64,000 bases of DNA from Auanema rhodensis (Eukaryota > Animalia > Nematoda): positions 7,564,001 through 7,628,000 of the forward strand of contig OZ059900.1 in the NCBI GenBank assembly GCA_964057225.1, written 5' to 3'. Below the pieces are notes generated by a model. The model had not been told where the DNA came from. It saw nothing but the letters and a program-made list of their open reading frames with translations, and did not search any database. Position 1 is the stretch's first letter. Every line of letters starts with the position of its first letter. This document shows positions 40,001 through 54,920 of this stretch, in pieces. Both the position numbers and the translations under genes were made by a program.

Positions 40001-43000
40001 CAAAAAGGACCGAAAATATCAAGAATTATTGGTTTTTTGGGGTTTGAAGGGCATTTTGGCAAAATCAGTCAAACTTTTGATCTTAAGCATATTTTTTTCT
40101 TCTAAAACGACTAAATGTATGAAATACTGTCATAGAATGTTCATATAGGTGTATTTTGCACGAATATCAAAACTGATTGAAATATGGGCCTTTTTATGCT
40201 CAAAACGCCATATATTCAACGATTTTGGGTACAAAACATGTGAAAACTGTATGTTTTGATCAGACCCTTTGAGATATGGATTTGAAATTCAGGATTCATA
40301 AACTTTGACTATTTTTACATATATATGTCCAATTTTAACCACTTTGGTCAAAAAGGACCGAAAATATCAAGAATTATTGGTTTTTTGGGGTTTGAAGGGC
40401 ATTTTGGCTAAATCAGTCAAACTTTTGATCTTAAGCATATTTTTTTCTTCTAAAACGACTAAATGTATGAAATACTGTCAAAGAATGTTCATATAGGTGT
40501 ATTTTGCACGAATATCAAAACTGATTGAAATATGGGCCTTTTTATGCTCAAAACGCCATATATTCAACGATTTTGGGTACAAAACATGTGAAAACTGTAT
40601 GTTTTGATCAGACCCTTTGAGATATGGATTTAAAATTCAGGATTCAAAAAATTCGACTATTTTTACATATATATGTCCAATTTTAACCACTTTGGTCAAA
40701 AAGGACCGAAAATATCAAGAATTATTGGTTTTTTGGGGTTTGAAGGGCATTTTGGCAAAATCAGTCAAACTTTTGATCTTAAGCATATTTTTTTCTTCTA
40801 AAACGACTAAATGTATGAAATACTGTCATAGAATGTTCATATAGGTGTATTTTGCACGAATATCAAAACTGATTGAAATATGGGCCTTTTTATGCTCAAA
40901 ACGCCATATATTCAACGATTTTGGGTACAAAACATGTGAAAACTGTATGTTTTGATCAGACCCTTTGAGATATGGATTTGAAATTCAGGATTCATAAACT
41001 TTGACTATTTTCACATATATATGTCCAATTTTAACCACTTTGGTCAAAAAGGACCGAAAATATCAAGAATTATTGGTTTTTTGGGGTTTGAAGGGCATTT
41101 TGGCAAAATCAGTCAAACTTTTGATCTTAAGCATATTTTTTTCTTCTAAAACGACTAAATGTATGAAATACTGTCATAGAATGTTCATATAGGTGTATTT
41201 TGCACGAATATCAAAACTGATTGAAATATGGGCCTTTTTATGCTCAAAACGCCATATATTCAACGATTTTGGGTACAAAACATGTGAAAACTGTATGTTT
41301 TGATCAGACCCTTTGAGATATGGATTTGAAATTCAGGATTCATAAACTTCGACTATTTCTACATATATATGTCCAATTTTAACCACTTTGGTCAAAAAGG
41401 ACCGAAAATATCAAGAATTATTGGTTTTTTGGGGTTTGAAGGGCATTTTGGCAAAATCAGTCAAACTTTTGATCTTAAGCATATTTTTTTCTTCTAAAAC
41501 GACTAAATGTATGAAATACTGTCAAAGAATGTTCATATAGGTGTATTTTGCACGAATATCAAAACTGATTGAAATATGGGCCTTTTTATGCTCAAAACGC
41601 CATATATTCAACGATTTTGGGTACAAAACATGTGAAAACTGTATGTTTTGATCAGACCCTTTGAGATATGGATTTAAAATTCAGGATTCATAAAATTCAA
41701 CTATTTTTACATATATATGTCCAATTTTAACCACTTTGGTCAAAAAGGACCGAAAATATCAAGAATTATTGGTTTTTTGGGGTTTGAAGGGCATTTTGGC
41801 AAAATCAGTCAAACTTTTGATCTTAAGCATATTTTTTTCTTCTAAAACGACTAAATGTATGAAATACTGTCATAAAATGTTCATATAGGTGTATTTTGCA
41901 CGAATATCAAAACTGATTGAAATATGGGCCTTTTTATGCTCAAAACGCCATATATTCAACGATTTTGGGTACAAAACATGTGAAAACTGTATGTTTTGAT
42001 CAGACCCTTTGAGATATGGATTTAAAATTCAGGATTCAAAAAATTCGACTATTTTTACATATATATGTCCAATTTTAACCACTTTGGTCAAAAAGGACCG
42101 AAAATATCAAGAATTATTGGTTTTTTGGGGTTTGAAGGGCATTTTGGCAAAATCAGTCAAACTTTTGATCTTAAGCATATTTTTTTCTTCTAAAACGACT
42201 AAATGTATGAAATACTGTCATAGAATGTTCATATAGGTGTATTTTGCACGAATATCAAAACTGATTGAAATATGGGCCTTTTTATGCTCAAAACGCCATA
42301 TATTCAACGATTTTGGGTACAAAACATGTGAAAACTGTATGTTTTGATCAGACCCTTTGAGATATGGATTTGAAATTCAGGATTCATAAACTTTGACTAT
42401 TTTTACATATATATGTCCAATTTTAACCACTTTGGTCAAAAAGGACCGAAAATATCAAGAATTATTGGTTTTTTGGGGTTTGAAGGGCATTTTGGCTAAA
42501 TCAGTCAAACTTTTGATCTTAAGCATATTTTTTTCTTCTAAAACGACTAAATGTATGAAATACTGTCAAAGATTGTTCATATAGGTGTATTTTGCACGAA
42601 TATCAAAACTGATTGAAATATGGGCCTTTTTATGCTCAAAACGCCATATATTCAACGATTTTGGGTACAAAACATGTGAAAACTGTATGTTTTGATCAGA
42701 CCCTTTGAGATATGGATTTAAAATTCAGGATTCATAAAATTCGACTATTTTTACATATATATGTCCAATTTTAACCACTTTGGTCAAAAAGGACCGAAAA
42801 TATCAAGAATTATTGGTTTTTTGGGGTTTGAAGGGCATTTTGGCAAAATCAGTCAAACTTTTGATCTTAAGCATATTTTTTTCTTCTAAAACGACTAAAT
42901 GTATGAAATACTGTCATAGAATGTTCATATAGGTGTATTTTGCACGAATATCAAAACTGATTGAAATATGGGCCTTTTTATGTTCAAAACGCCATATATT

Positions 43001-44567
43001 CAACGATTTTGGGTACAAAACATGTGAAAACTGTATGTTTTGATCAGACCCTTTGAGATATGGATTTGAAATTCAGGATTCATAAACATTGACTATTTTT
43101 ACATATATATGTCCAATTTTAACCACTTTGGTCGAAAAGGACCGAAAATATCAAGAATTATTGGTTTTTTGGGGATTGAAGGGCATTTTGGCAAAATCAG
43201 TCAAACTTTTGATCTTAAGCATATTTTTTTCTTCTAAAACGACTAAATGTATGAAATACTGTCATAGAATGTTCATATAGGTGTATTTTGCACGAATATC
43301 AAAACTGATTGAAATATGGGCCTTTTTATGTTCAAAACGCCATATATTCAACGATTTTGGGTACAAAACATGTGAAAACTGTATGTTTTGATCAGACCCT
43401 TTGAGATATGGATTTGGAATTCAGGATTCATAAACTTTGACTATTTTTACATATATATGTTCAATTTTAACCACTTTGGTCAAAAAGGACCGAAAATATC
43501 AAGAATTATTGGTTTTTTGGGGATTGAAGGGCATTTTGGCTAAATCAGTCAAACTTTTGATCTTAAGCATATTTTTTTCTTCTAAAACGACTAAATGTAT
43601 GAAATACTGTCATAGAATGTTCATATAGGTGTATTTTGCACGAATATCAAAACTGATTGAAATATGGGCCTTTTTATGTTCAAAACGCCATATATTCAAC
43701 GATTTTGGGTACAAAACATGTGAAAACTGTATGTTTTGATCAGACCCTTTGAGATATGGATTTGAAATTCAGGATTCATAAACTTTGACTATTTTTACAT
43801 ATATATGTCCAATTTTAACCACTTTGGTCAAAAAGGACCGAAAATATCAAGAATTATTGGTTTTTTGGGGATTGAAGGGCATTTTGGCAAAATCAGTCAA
43901 ACTTTTGATCTTAAGCATATTTTTTTCTTCTAAAACGACTAAATGTATGAAATACTGTCATAGAATGTTCATATAGGTGTATTTTGCACGAATATCAAAA
44001 CTGATTGAAATATGGGCCTTTTTATGTTCAAAACGCCATATATTCAACGATTTTGGGTACAAAACATGTGAAAACTGTATGTTTTGATCAGACCCTTTGA
44101 GATATGGATTTGGAATTCAGGATTCATAAACTTTGACTATTTTTACATATATATGTTCAATTTTAACCACTTTGGTCAAAAAGGACCGAAAATATCAAGA
44201 ATTATTGGTTTTTTGGGGTTTGAAGGGCATTTTGGCTAAATCAGTCAAACTTTTGATCTTAAGCATATTTTTTTCTTCTAAAACGACTAAATGTATGAAA
44301 TACTGTCATAGAATGTTCATATAGGTGTATTTTGCACGAATATCAAAACTGATTGAAATATGGGCCTTTTTATGTTCAAAACGCCATATATTCAACGATT
44401 TTGGGTACAAAACATGTGAAAACTGTATGTTTTGATCAGACCCTTTGAGATATGGATTTGAAATTCAGGATTCATAAACTTTGACTATTTTTACATATAT
44501 ATGTCCAATTTTAACCACTTTGGTCAAAAAGGACCGAAAATATCAAGAATTATTGGTTTTTTGGGGA
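31085..44567. repeat. Recent tandem duplication of a 20-monomer (6960 bp) block; second copy has 19 monomers
   Basis: Rare variants are paired at +6960 (31605/38565, 32961/39921, 33657/40617, 35049/42009) and then at +6612 (35781/42393, 36477/43089). Confidence 0.92.
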
Positions 44568-47500
44568 TTGAAGGGCATTTTGGCAAAATCAGTCAAACTT
44601 TTGATCTTAAGCATATTTTTTTCTTCTAAAACGACTAAATGTATGAAATACTGTCATAGAATGTTCATATAGGTGTATTTTGCACGAATATCAAAACTGA
44701 TTGAAATATGGGCCTTTTTATGTTCAAAACGCCATATATTCAACGATTTTGGGTACAAAACATGTGAAAACTGTATGTTTTGATCAGACCCTTTGAGATA
44801 TGGATTTGGAATTCAGGATTCATAAACTTTGACTATATTTACATATATATGTTCAATTTTAACCACTTTGGTCAAAAAGGACCGAAAATATCAAGAATTA
44901 TTGGTTTTTTGGGGTTTGAAGGGCATTTTGGCTAAATCAGTCAAACTTTTGATCTTAAGCATATTTTTTTCTTCTAAAACGACTAAATGTATGAAATACT
45001 GTCATAGAATGTTCATATAGGTGTATTTTGCACGAATATCAAAACTGATTGAAATATGGGCCTTTTTATGTTCAAAACGCCATATATTCAACGATTTTGG
45101 GTACAAAACATGTGAAAACTGTATGTTTTGATCAGACCCTTTGAGATATGGATTTGGAATTCAGGATTCATAAACTTTGACTATTTTTACATATATATGT
45201 TCAATTTTAACCACTTTGGTCAAAAAGGACCGAAAATATCAAGAATTATTGGTTTTTTGGGGTTTGAAGGGCATTTTGGCTAAATCAGTCAAACTTTTGA
45301 TCTTAAGCATATTTTTTTCTTCTAAAACGACTAAATGTATGAAATACTGTCATAGAATGTTCATATAGGTGTATTTTGCACGAATATCAAAACTGATTGA
45401 AATATGGGCCTTTTTATGTTCAAAACGCCATATATTCAACGATTTTGGGTACAAAACATGTGAAAACTGTATGTTTTGATCAGACCCTTTGAGATATGGA
45501 TTTGAAATTCAGGATTCATAAACTTTGACTATTTTTACATATATATGTCCAATTTTAACCACTTTGGTCAAAAAGGACCGAAAATATCAAGAATTATTGG
45601 TTTTTTGGGGATTGAAGGGCATTTTGGCTAAATCAGTCAAACTTTTGATCTTAAGCATATTTTTTTCTTCTAAAACGACTAAATGTATGAAATACTGTCA
45701 TAGAATGTTCATATAGGTGTATTTTGCACGAATATCAAAACTGATTGAAATATGGGCCTTTTTATGTTCAAAACGCCATATATTCAACGATTTTGGGTAC
45801 AAAACATGTGAAAACTGTATGTTTTGATCAGACCCTTTGAGATATGGATTTGGAATTCAGGATTCATAAACTTTGACTATTTTTACATATATATGTTCAA
45901 TTTTAACCACTTTGGTCAAAAAGGACCGAAAATATCAAGAATAATTGGTTTTTTGGGGTTTGAAGGGCATTTTGGCTAAATCAGTCAAACTTTTGATCTT
46001 AAGCATATTTTTTTCTTCTAAAACGACTAAATGTATGAAATACTGTCATAGAATGTTCATATAGGTGTATTTTGCACGAATATCAAAACTGATTGAAATA
46101 TGGGCCTTTTTATGTTCAAAACGCCATATATTCAACGATTTTGGGTACAAAACATGTGAAAACTGTATGTTTTGATCAGACCCTTTGAGATATGGATTTG
46201 GAATTCAGGATTCATAAACTTTGACTATTTTTACATATATATGTTCAATTTTAACCACTTTGGTCAAAAAGGACCGAAAATATCAAGAATTATTGGTTTT
46301 TTGGGGTTTGAAGGGCATTTTGGCTAAATCAGTCAAACTTTTGATCTTAAGCATATTTTTTTCTTCTAAAACGACTAAATGTATGAAATACTGTCATAGA
46401 ATGTTCATATAGGTGTATTTTGCACGAATATCAAAACTGATTGAAATATGGGCCTTTTTATGTTCAAAACGCCATATATTCAACGATTTTGGGTACAAAA
46501 CATGTGAAAACTGTATGTTTTGATCAGACCCTTTGAGATATGGATTTGAAATTCAGGATTCATAAACTTTGACTATTTTTACATATATATGTCCAATTTT
46601 AACCACTTTGGTCAAAAAGGACCGAAAATATCAAGAATTATTGGTTTTTTGGGGATTGAAGGGCATTTTGGCAAAATCAGTCAAACTTTTGATCTTAAGC
46701 ATATTTTTTTCTTCTAAAACGACTAAATGTATGAAATACTGTCATAGAATGTTCATATAGGTGTATTTTGCACAAATATCAAAACTGATTGAAATATGGG
46801 CCTTTTTATGCTCAAAACGCCATATATTCAACGATTTTGGGTACAAAACATGTGAAAACTGTATGTTTTGATCAGACCCTTTGAGATATGGATTTGAAAT
46901 TCAGGATTCATAAACTTCGACTATTTCTACATATATATGTCCAATTTTAACCACTTTGGTCAAAAAGGACCGAAAATATCAAGAATTATTGGTTTTTTGG
47001 GGTTTGAAGGGCATTTTGGCAAAATCAGTCAAACTTTTGATCTTAAGCATATTTTTTTCTTCTAAAACGACTAAATGTATGAAATACTGTCATAGAATGT
47101 TCATATAGGTGTATTTTGCACGAATATCAAAACTGATTGAAATATGGGCCTTTTTATGTTCAAAACGCCATATATTCAACGATTTTGGGTACAAAACATG
47201 TGAAAACTGTATGTTTTGATCAGACCCTTTGAGATATGGATTTGAAATTCAGGATTCATAAACTTTGACTATTTTTACATATATATGTCCAATTTTAACC
47301 ACTTTGGTCAAAAAGGACCGAAAATATCAAGAATTATTCGTTTTTTGGGGATTGAAGGGCATTTTGGCAAAATCAGTCAAACTTTTGATCTTAAGCATAT
47401 TTTTTTCTTCTAAAACGACTAAATGTATGAAATACTGTCATAGAATGTTCATATAGGTGTATTTTGCACGAACATCAAAACTGATTGAAATATGGGCCTT

Positions 47501-49700
47501 TTTATGCTCAAAACGCCATATATTCAACGATTTTGGGTACAAAACATGTGAAAACTGTATGTTTTGATCAGACCCTTTGAGATATGGATTTGAAATTCAG
47601 GATTCATAAACTTTGACTATTTTTACATATATATGTTCAATTTTAACCACTTTGGTCAAGAAGGACCAAAAATATCAAGAATTATTGGTTTTTTGGGGTT
47701 TGAAGGGCATTTTGGCAAAATCAGTCAAACTTTTGATCTTAAGCATATTTTTTTCTTCTAAAACGACTAAATGTATGAAATACTGTCATAGAATGTTCAT
47801 ATAGGTTTATTTTGCACGAATATCAAAACTGATTGAAATATGGGCTTTTTTATGCTCAAAACGCCATATATTCAACGATTTTGGGTACAAAACATGTGAA
47901 AACTGTATGTTTTGATCAGACCCTTTGAGATATGGATTTGAAATTCAGGATTCATAAACTTCGACTATTTCTACATATATATGTCCAATTTTAACCACTT
48001 TGGTCAAAAAGGACCGAAAATATCAAGAATTATTGGTTTTTTGGGGTTTGAAGGGCATTTTGGCTAAATCAGTCAAACTTTTGATCTTAAGCATATTTTT
48101 TTCTTCTAAAACGACTAAATGTATGAAATACTGTCATAGAATGTTCATATAGGTGTATTTTGCACGAATATCAAAACTGATTGAAATATGGGCCTTTTTA
48201 TGCTCAAAACGCCATATATTCAACGATTTTGGGTACAAAACATGTGAAAACTGTATGTTTTGATCAGACCCTTTGAGATATGGATTTGAAATTCAGGATT
48301 CATAAACTTTGACTATTTTTACATATATATGTTCAATTTTAACCACTTTGGTCAAAAAGGACCGAAAATATCAAGAATTATTGGTTTTTTGGGGTTTGAA
48401 GGGCATTTTGGCTAAATCAGTCAAACTTTTGATCTTAAGCATATTTTTTTCTTCTAAAACGACTAAATGTATGAAATACTGTCATAGAATGTTCATATAG
48501 GTGTATTTTGCACGAATATCAAAACTGATTGAAATATGGGCTTTTTTATGCTCAAAACGCCATATATTCAACGATTTTGGGTACAAAACATGTGAAAACT
48601 GTATGTTTTGATCAGACCCTTTGAGATATGGATTTGAAATTCAGGATTCATAAACTTCGACTATTTCTACATATATATGTCCAATTTTAACCACTTTGGT
48701 CAAAAAGGACCGAAAATATCAAGAATTATTGGTTTTTTGGGGTTTGAAGGGCATTTTGGCTAAATCAGTCAAACTTTTGATCTTAAGCATATTTTTTTCT
48801 TCTAAAACGACTAAATGTATGAAATACTGTCATAGAATGTTCATATAGGTGTATTTTGCACGAATATCAAAACTGATTGAAATATGGGCCTTTTTATGTT
48901 CAAAACGCCATATATTCAACGATTTTGGGTACAAAACATGTGAAAACTGTATGTTTTGATCAGACCCTTTGAGATATGGATTTGAAATTCAGGATTCATA
49001 AACTTTGACTATTTTTACATATATATGTCCAATTTTAACCACTTTGGTCAAAAAGGACCGAAAATATCAAGAATTATTGGTTTTTTGGGGATTGAAGGGC
49101 ATTTTGGCAAAATCAGTCAAACTTTTGATCTTAAGCATATTTTTTTCTTCTAAAACGACTAAATGTATGAAATACTGTCATAGAATGTTCATATAGGTGT
49201 ATTTTGCACGAATATCAAAACTGATTGAAATATGGGCCTTTTTATGCTCAAAACGCCATATATTCAACGATTTTGGGTACAAAACATGTGAAAACTGTAT
49301 GTTTTGATCAGACCCTTTGAGATATGGATTTGAAATTCAGGATTCATAAACTTTGACTATTTTTACATATATATGTTCAATTTTAACCACTTTGGTCAAG
49401 AAGGGCCGAAAATATCAAGAATTATTGGTTTTTTGGGGTTTGAAGGGCATTTTGGCAAAATCAGTCAAACTTTTGATCTTAAGCATATTTTTTTCTTCTA
49501 AAACGACTAAATGTATGAAATACTGTCATAGAATGTTCATATAGGTGTATTTTGCACGAATATCAAAACTGATTGAAATATGGGCCTTTTTATGCTCAAA
49601 ACGCCATATATTCAACGATTTTGGGTACAAAACATGTGAAAACTGTATGTTTTGATCAGACCCTTTGAGATATGGATTTGAAATTCAGGATTCATAAACT

Positions 49701-52700
49701 TTGACTATTTTTACATATATATGTCCAATTTTAACCACTTTGGTCGAAAAGGACCGAAAATATCAAGAATTATTGGTTTTTTGGGGATTGAAGGGCATTT
49801 TGGCAAAATCAGTCAAACTTTTGATCTTAAGCATATTTTTTTCTTCTAAAACGACTAAATGTATGAAATACTGTCATAGAATGTTCATATAGGTGTATTT
49901 TGCACGAATATCAAAACTGATTGAAATATGGGCCTTTTTATGTTCAAAACGCCATATATTCAACGATTTTGGGTACAAAACATGTGAAAACTGTATGTTT
50001 TGATCAGACCCTTTGAGATATGGATTTGAAATTCAGGATTCATAAACTTTGACTATTTTTACATATATATGTCCAATTTTAACCACTTTGGTCGAAAAGG
50101 ACCGAAAATATCAAGAATTATTGGTTTTTTGGGGATTGAAGGGCATTTTGGCAAAATCAGTCAAACTTTTGATCTTAAGCATATTTTTTTCTTCTAAAAC
50201 GACTAAATGTATGAAATACTGTCATAGAATGTTCATATAGGTGTATTTTGCACGAATATCAAAACTGATTGAAATATGGGCCTTTTTATGTTCAAAACGC
50301 CATATATTCAACGATTTTGGGTACAAAACATGTGAAAACTGTATGTTTTGATCAGACCCTTTGAGATATGGATTTGAAATTCAGGATTCATAAAATTCGA
50401 CTATTTTTACATATATATGTCCAATTTTAACCACTTTGGTCAAAAAGGACCGAAAATATCAAGAATTATTGGTTTTTTGGGGATTGAAGGGCATTTTGGC
50501 AAAATCAGTCAAACTTTTGATCTTAAGCATATTTTTTTCTTCTAAAACGACTAAATGTATGAAATACTGTCATAGAATGTTCATATAGGTGTATTTTGCA
50601 CGAATATCAAAACTGATTGAAATATGGGCCTTTTTATGCTCAAAACGCCATATATTCAACGATTTTGGGTACAAAACATGTGAAAACTGTATGTTTTGAT
50701 CAGACCCTTTGAGATATGGATTTGAAATTCAGGATTCATAAACTTTGACTATTTTTACATATATATGTTCAATTTTAACCACTTTGGTCAAAAAGGACCG
50801 AAAATATCAAGAATTATTGGTTTTTTGGGGTTTGAAGGGCATTTTGGCTAAATCAGTCAAACTTTTGATCTTAAGCATATTTTTTTCTTCTAAAACGACT
50901 AAATGTATGAAATACTGTCATAGAATATTCATATAGGTGTATTTTGCACGAATATCAAAACTGATTGAAATATGGGCCTTTTTATGCTCAAAACGCCATA
51001 TATTCAACGATTTTGGGTACAAAACATGTGAAAACTGTATGTTTTGATCAGACCCTTTGAGATATGGATTTGAAATTCAGGATTCATAAACTTTGACTAT
51101 TTTTACATATATATGTCCAATTTTAACCACTTTGGTCGAAAAGGACCGAAAATATCAAGAATTATTGGTTTTTTGGGGATTGAAGGGCATTTTGGCAAAA
51201 TCAGTCAAACTTTTGATCTTAAGCATATTTTTTTCTTCTAAAACGACTAAATGTATGAAATACTGTCATAGAATGTTCATATAGGTGTATTTTGCACGAA
51301 TATCAAAACTGATTGAAATATGGGCCTTTTTATGTTCAAAACGCCATATATTCAACGATTTTGGGTACAAAACATGTGAAAACTGTATGTTTTGATCAGA
51401 CCCTTTGAGATATGGATTTGAAATTCAGGATTCATAAACTTTGACTATTTTTACATATATATGTCCAATTTTAACCACTTTGGTCGAAAAGGACCGAAAA
51501 TATCAAGAATTATTGGTTTTTTGGGGATTGAAGGGCATTTTGGCAAAATCAGTCAAACTTTTGATCTTAAGCATATTTTTTTCTTCTAAAACGACTAAAT
51601 GTATGAAATACTGTCATAGAATGTTCATATAGGTGTATTTTGCACGAATATCAAAACTGATTGAAATATGGGCCTTTTTATGTTCAAAACGCCATATATT
51701 CAACGATTTTGGGTACAAAACATGTGAAAACTGTATGTTTTGATCAGACCCTTTGAGATATGGATTTGAAATTCAGGATTCATAAAATTCGACTATTTTT
51801 ACATATATATGTCCAATTTTAACCACTTTGGTCAAAAAGGACCGAAAATATCAAGAATTATTGGTTTTTTGGGGATTGAAGGGCATTTTGGCAAAATCAG
51901 TCAAACTTTTGATCTTAAGCATATTTTTTTCTTCTAAAACGACTAAATGTATGAAATACTGTCATAGAATGTTCATATAGGTGTATTTTGCACGAATATC
52001 AAAACTGATTGAAATATGGGCCTTTTTATGCTCAAAACGCCATATATTCAACGATTTTGGGTACAAAACATGTGAAAACTGTATGTTTTGATCAGACCCT
52101 TTGAGATATGGATTTGAAATTCAGGATTCATAAACTTTGACTATTTTTACATATATATGTTCAATTGTAACCACTTTGGTCAAAAAGGACCGAAAATATC
52201 AAGAATTATTGGTTTTTTGGGGTTTGAAGGGCATTTTGGCTAAATCAGTCAAACTTTTGATCTTAAGCATATTTTTTTCTTCTAAAACGACCAAATGTAT
52301 GAAATACTGTCATAGAATGTTCATATAGGTGTATTTTGCACGAATATCAAAACTGATTGAAATATGGGCCTTTTTATGCTCAAAACGCCATATATTCAAC
52401 GATTTTGGGTACAAAACATGTGAAAACTGTATGTTTTGATCAGACCCTTTGAGATATGGATTTGAAATTCAGGATTCATAAACTTTGACTATTTTTACAT
52501 ATATATGTCCAATTTTAACCACTTTGGTCAAAAAGGACCGAAAATATCAAGAATTATTGGTTTTTTGGGGTTTGAAGGACATTTTGGCTAAATCAGTCAA
52601 ACTTTTGATCTTAAGCATATTTTTTTCTTCTAAAACGACCAAATGTATGAAATACTGTCATAGAATGTTGATATAGGTGTATTTTGCACGAATATCAAAA

Positions 52701-54920
52701 CTGATTGAAATATGGGCCTTTTTATGTTGAAAACGCCATATATTCAACGATTTTGGGTACAAAACATGTGAAAACTGTATGTTTTGATCAGACCCTTTGA
52801 GATATGGATTTGAAATTCAGGATTCATAAACTTTGACTATTTTTACATATATATGTTCAATTGTAACCACTTTGGTCAAAAAGGACCGAAAATATCAAGA
52901 ATTATTGGTTTTTTGGGGTTTGAAGGGCATTTTGGCTAAATCAGTCAAACTTTTGATCTTAAGCATATTTTTTTCTTCTAAAACGACCAAATGTATGAAA
53001 TACTGTCATAGAATGTTGATATAGGTGTATTTTGCACGAATATCAAAACTGATTGAAATATGGGCCTTTTTATGTTCAAAACGCCATATATTCAACGATT
53101 TTGGGTACAAAACATGTGAAAACTGTATGTTTTGATCAGACCCTTTGAGATATGGATTTGAAATTCAGGATTCATAAAATTCGACTATTTTTACATATAT
53201 ATGTCCAATTTTAACCACTTTGGTCAAAAAGGACCGAAAATATCAAGAATTATTGGTTTTTTGGGGATTGAAGGGCATTTTGGCAAAATCAGTCAAACTT
53301 TTGATCTTAAGCATATTTTTTTCTTCTAAAACGACTAAATGTATGAAATACTGTCATAGAATGTTCATATAGGTGTATTTTGCACGAATATCAAAACTGA
53401 TTGAAATATGGGCCTTTTTATGCTCAAAACGCCATATATTCAACGATTTTGGGTACAAAACATGTGAAAACTGTATGTTTTGATCAGACCCTTTGAGATA
53501 TGGATTTGAAATTCAGGATTCATAAACTTTGACTATTTTTACATATATATGTTCAATTTTAACCACTTTGGTCAAAAAGGACCGAAAATATCAAGAATTA
53601 TTGGTTTTTTGGGGTTTGAAGGGCATTTTGGCTAAATCAGTCAAACTTTTGATCTTAAGCATATTTTTTTCTTCTAAAACGACTAAATGTATGAAATACT
53701 GTCATAGAATATTCATATAGGTGTATTTTGCACGAATATCAAAACTGATTGAAATATGGGCCTTTTTATGCTCAAAACGCCATATATTCAACGATTTTGG
53801 GTACAAAACATGTGAAAACTGTATGTTTTGATCAGACCCTTTGAGATATGGATTTGAAATTCAGGATTCATAAACTTTGACTATTTTTACATATATATGT
53901 CCAATTTTAACCACTTTGGTCGAAAAGGACCGAAAATATCAAGAATTATTGGTTTTTTGGGGATTGAAGGGCATTTTGGCAAAATCAGTCAAACTTTTGA
54001 TCTTAAGCATATTTTTTTCTTCTAAAACGACTAAATGTATGAAATACTGTCATAGAATGTTCATATAGGTGTATTTTGCACGAATATCAAAACTGATTGA
54101 AATATGGGCCTTTTTATGTTCAAAACGCCATATATTCAACGATTTTGGGTACAAAACATGTGAAAACTGTATGTTTTGATCAGACCCTTTGAGATATGGA
54201 TTTGAAATTCAGGATTCATAAACTTTGACTATTTTTACATATATATGTCCAATTTTAACCACTTTGGTCGAAAAGGACCGAAAATATCAAGAATTATTGG
54301 TTTTTTGGGGATTGAAGGGCATTTTGGCAAAATCAGTCAAACTTTTGATCTTAAGCATATTTTTTTCTTCTAAAACGACTAAATGTATGAAATACTGTCA
54401 TAGAATGTTCATATAGGTGTATTTTGCACGAATATCAAAACTGATTGAAATATGGGCCTTTTTATGTTCAAAACGCCATATATTCAACGATTTTGGGTAC
54501 AAAACATGTGAAAACTGTATGTTTTGATCAGACCCTTTGAGATATGGATTTGAAATTCAGGATTCATAAAATTCGACTATTTTTACATATATATGTCCAA
54601 TTTTAACCACTTTGGTCAAAAAGGACCGAAAATATCAAGAATTATTGGTTTTTTGGGGATTGAAGGGCATTTTGGCAAAATCAGTCAAACTTTTGATCTT
54701 AAGCATATTTTTTTCTTCTAAAACGACTAAATGTATGAAATACTGTCATAGAATGTTCATATAGGTGTATTTTGCACGAATATCAAAACTGATTGAAATA
54801 TGGGCCTTTTTATGCTCAAAACGCCATATATTCAACGATTTTGGGTACAAAACATGTGAAAACTGTATGTTTTGATCAGACCCTTTGAGATATGGATTTG
54901 AAATTCAGGATTCATAAACT
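49701..54920. repeat. 4-mer (1392 bp) higher-order repeat interrupted by a 3-monomer variant block
   Basis: GTCGAAAA monomer pairs occur at 49701/50049, 51093/51441 and 53877/54225. The GAATATTC variant is in 50745 and 53529 (offset 2784). Confidence 0.82.
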
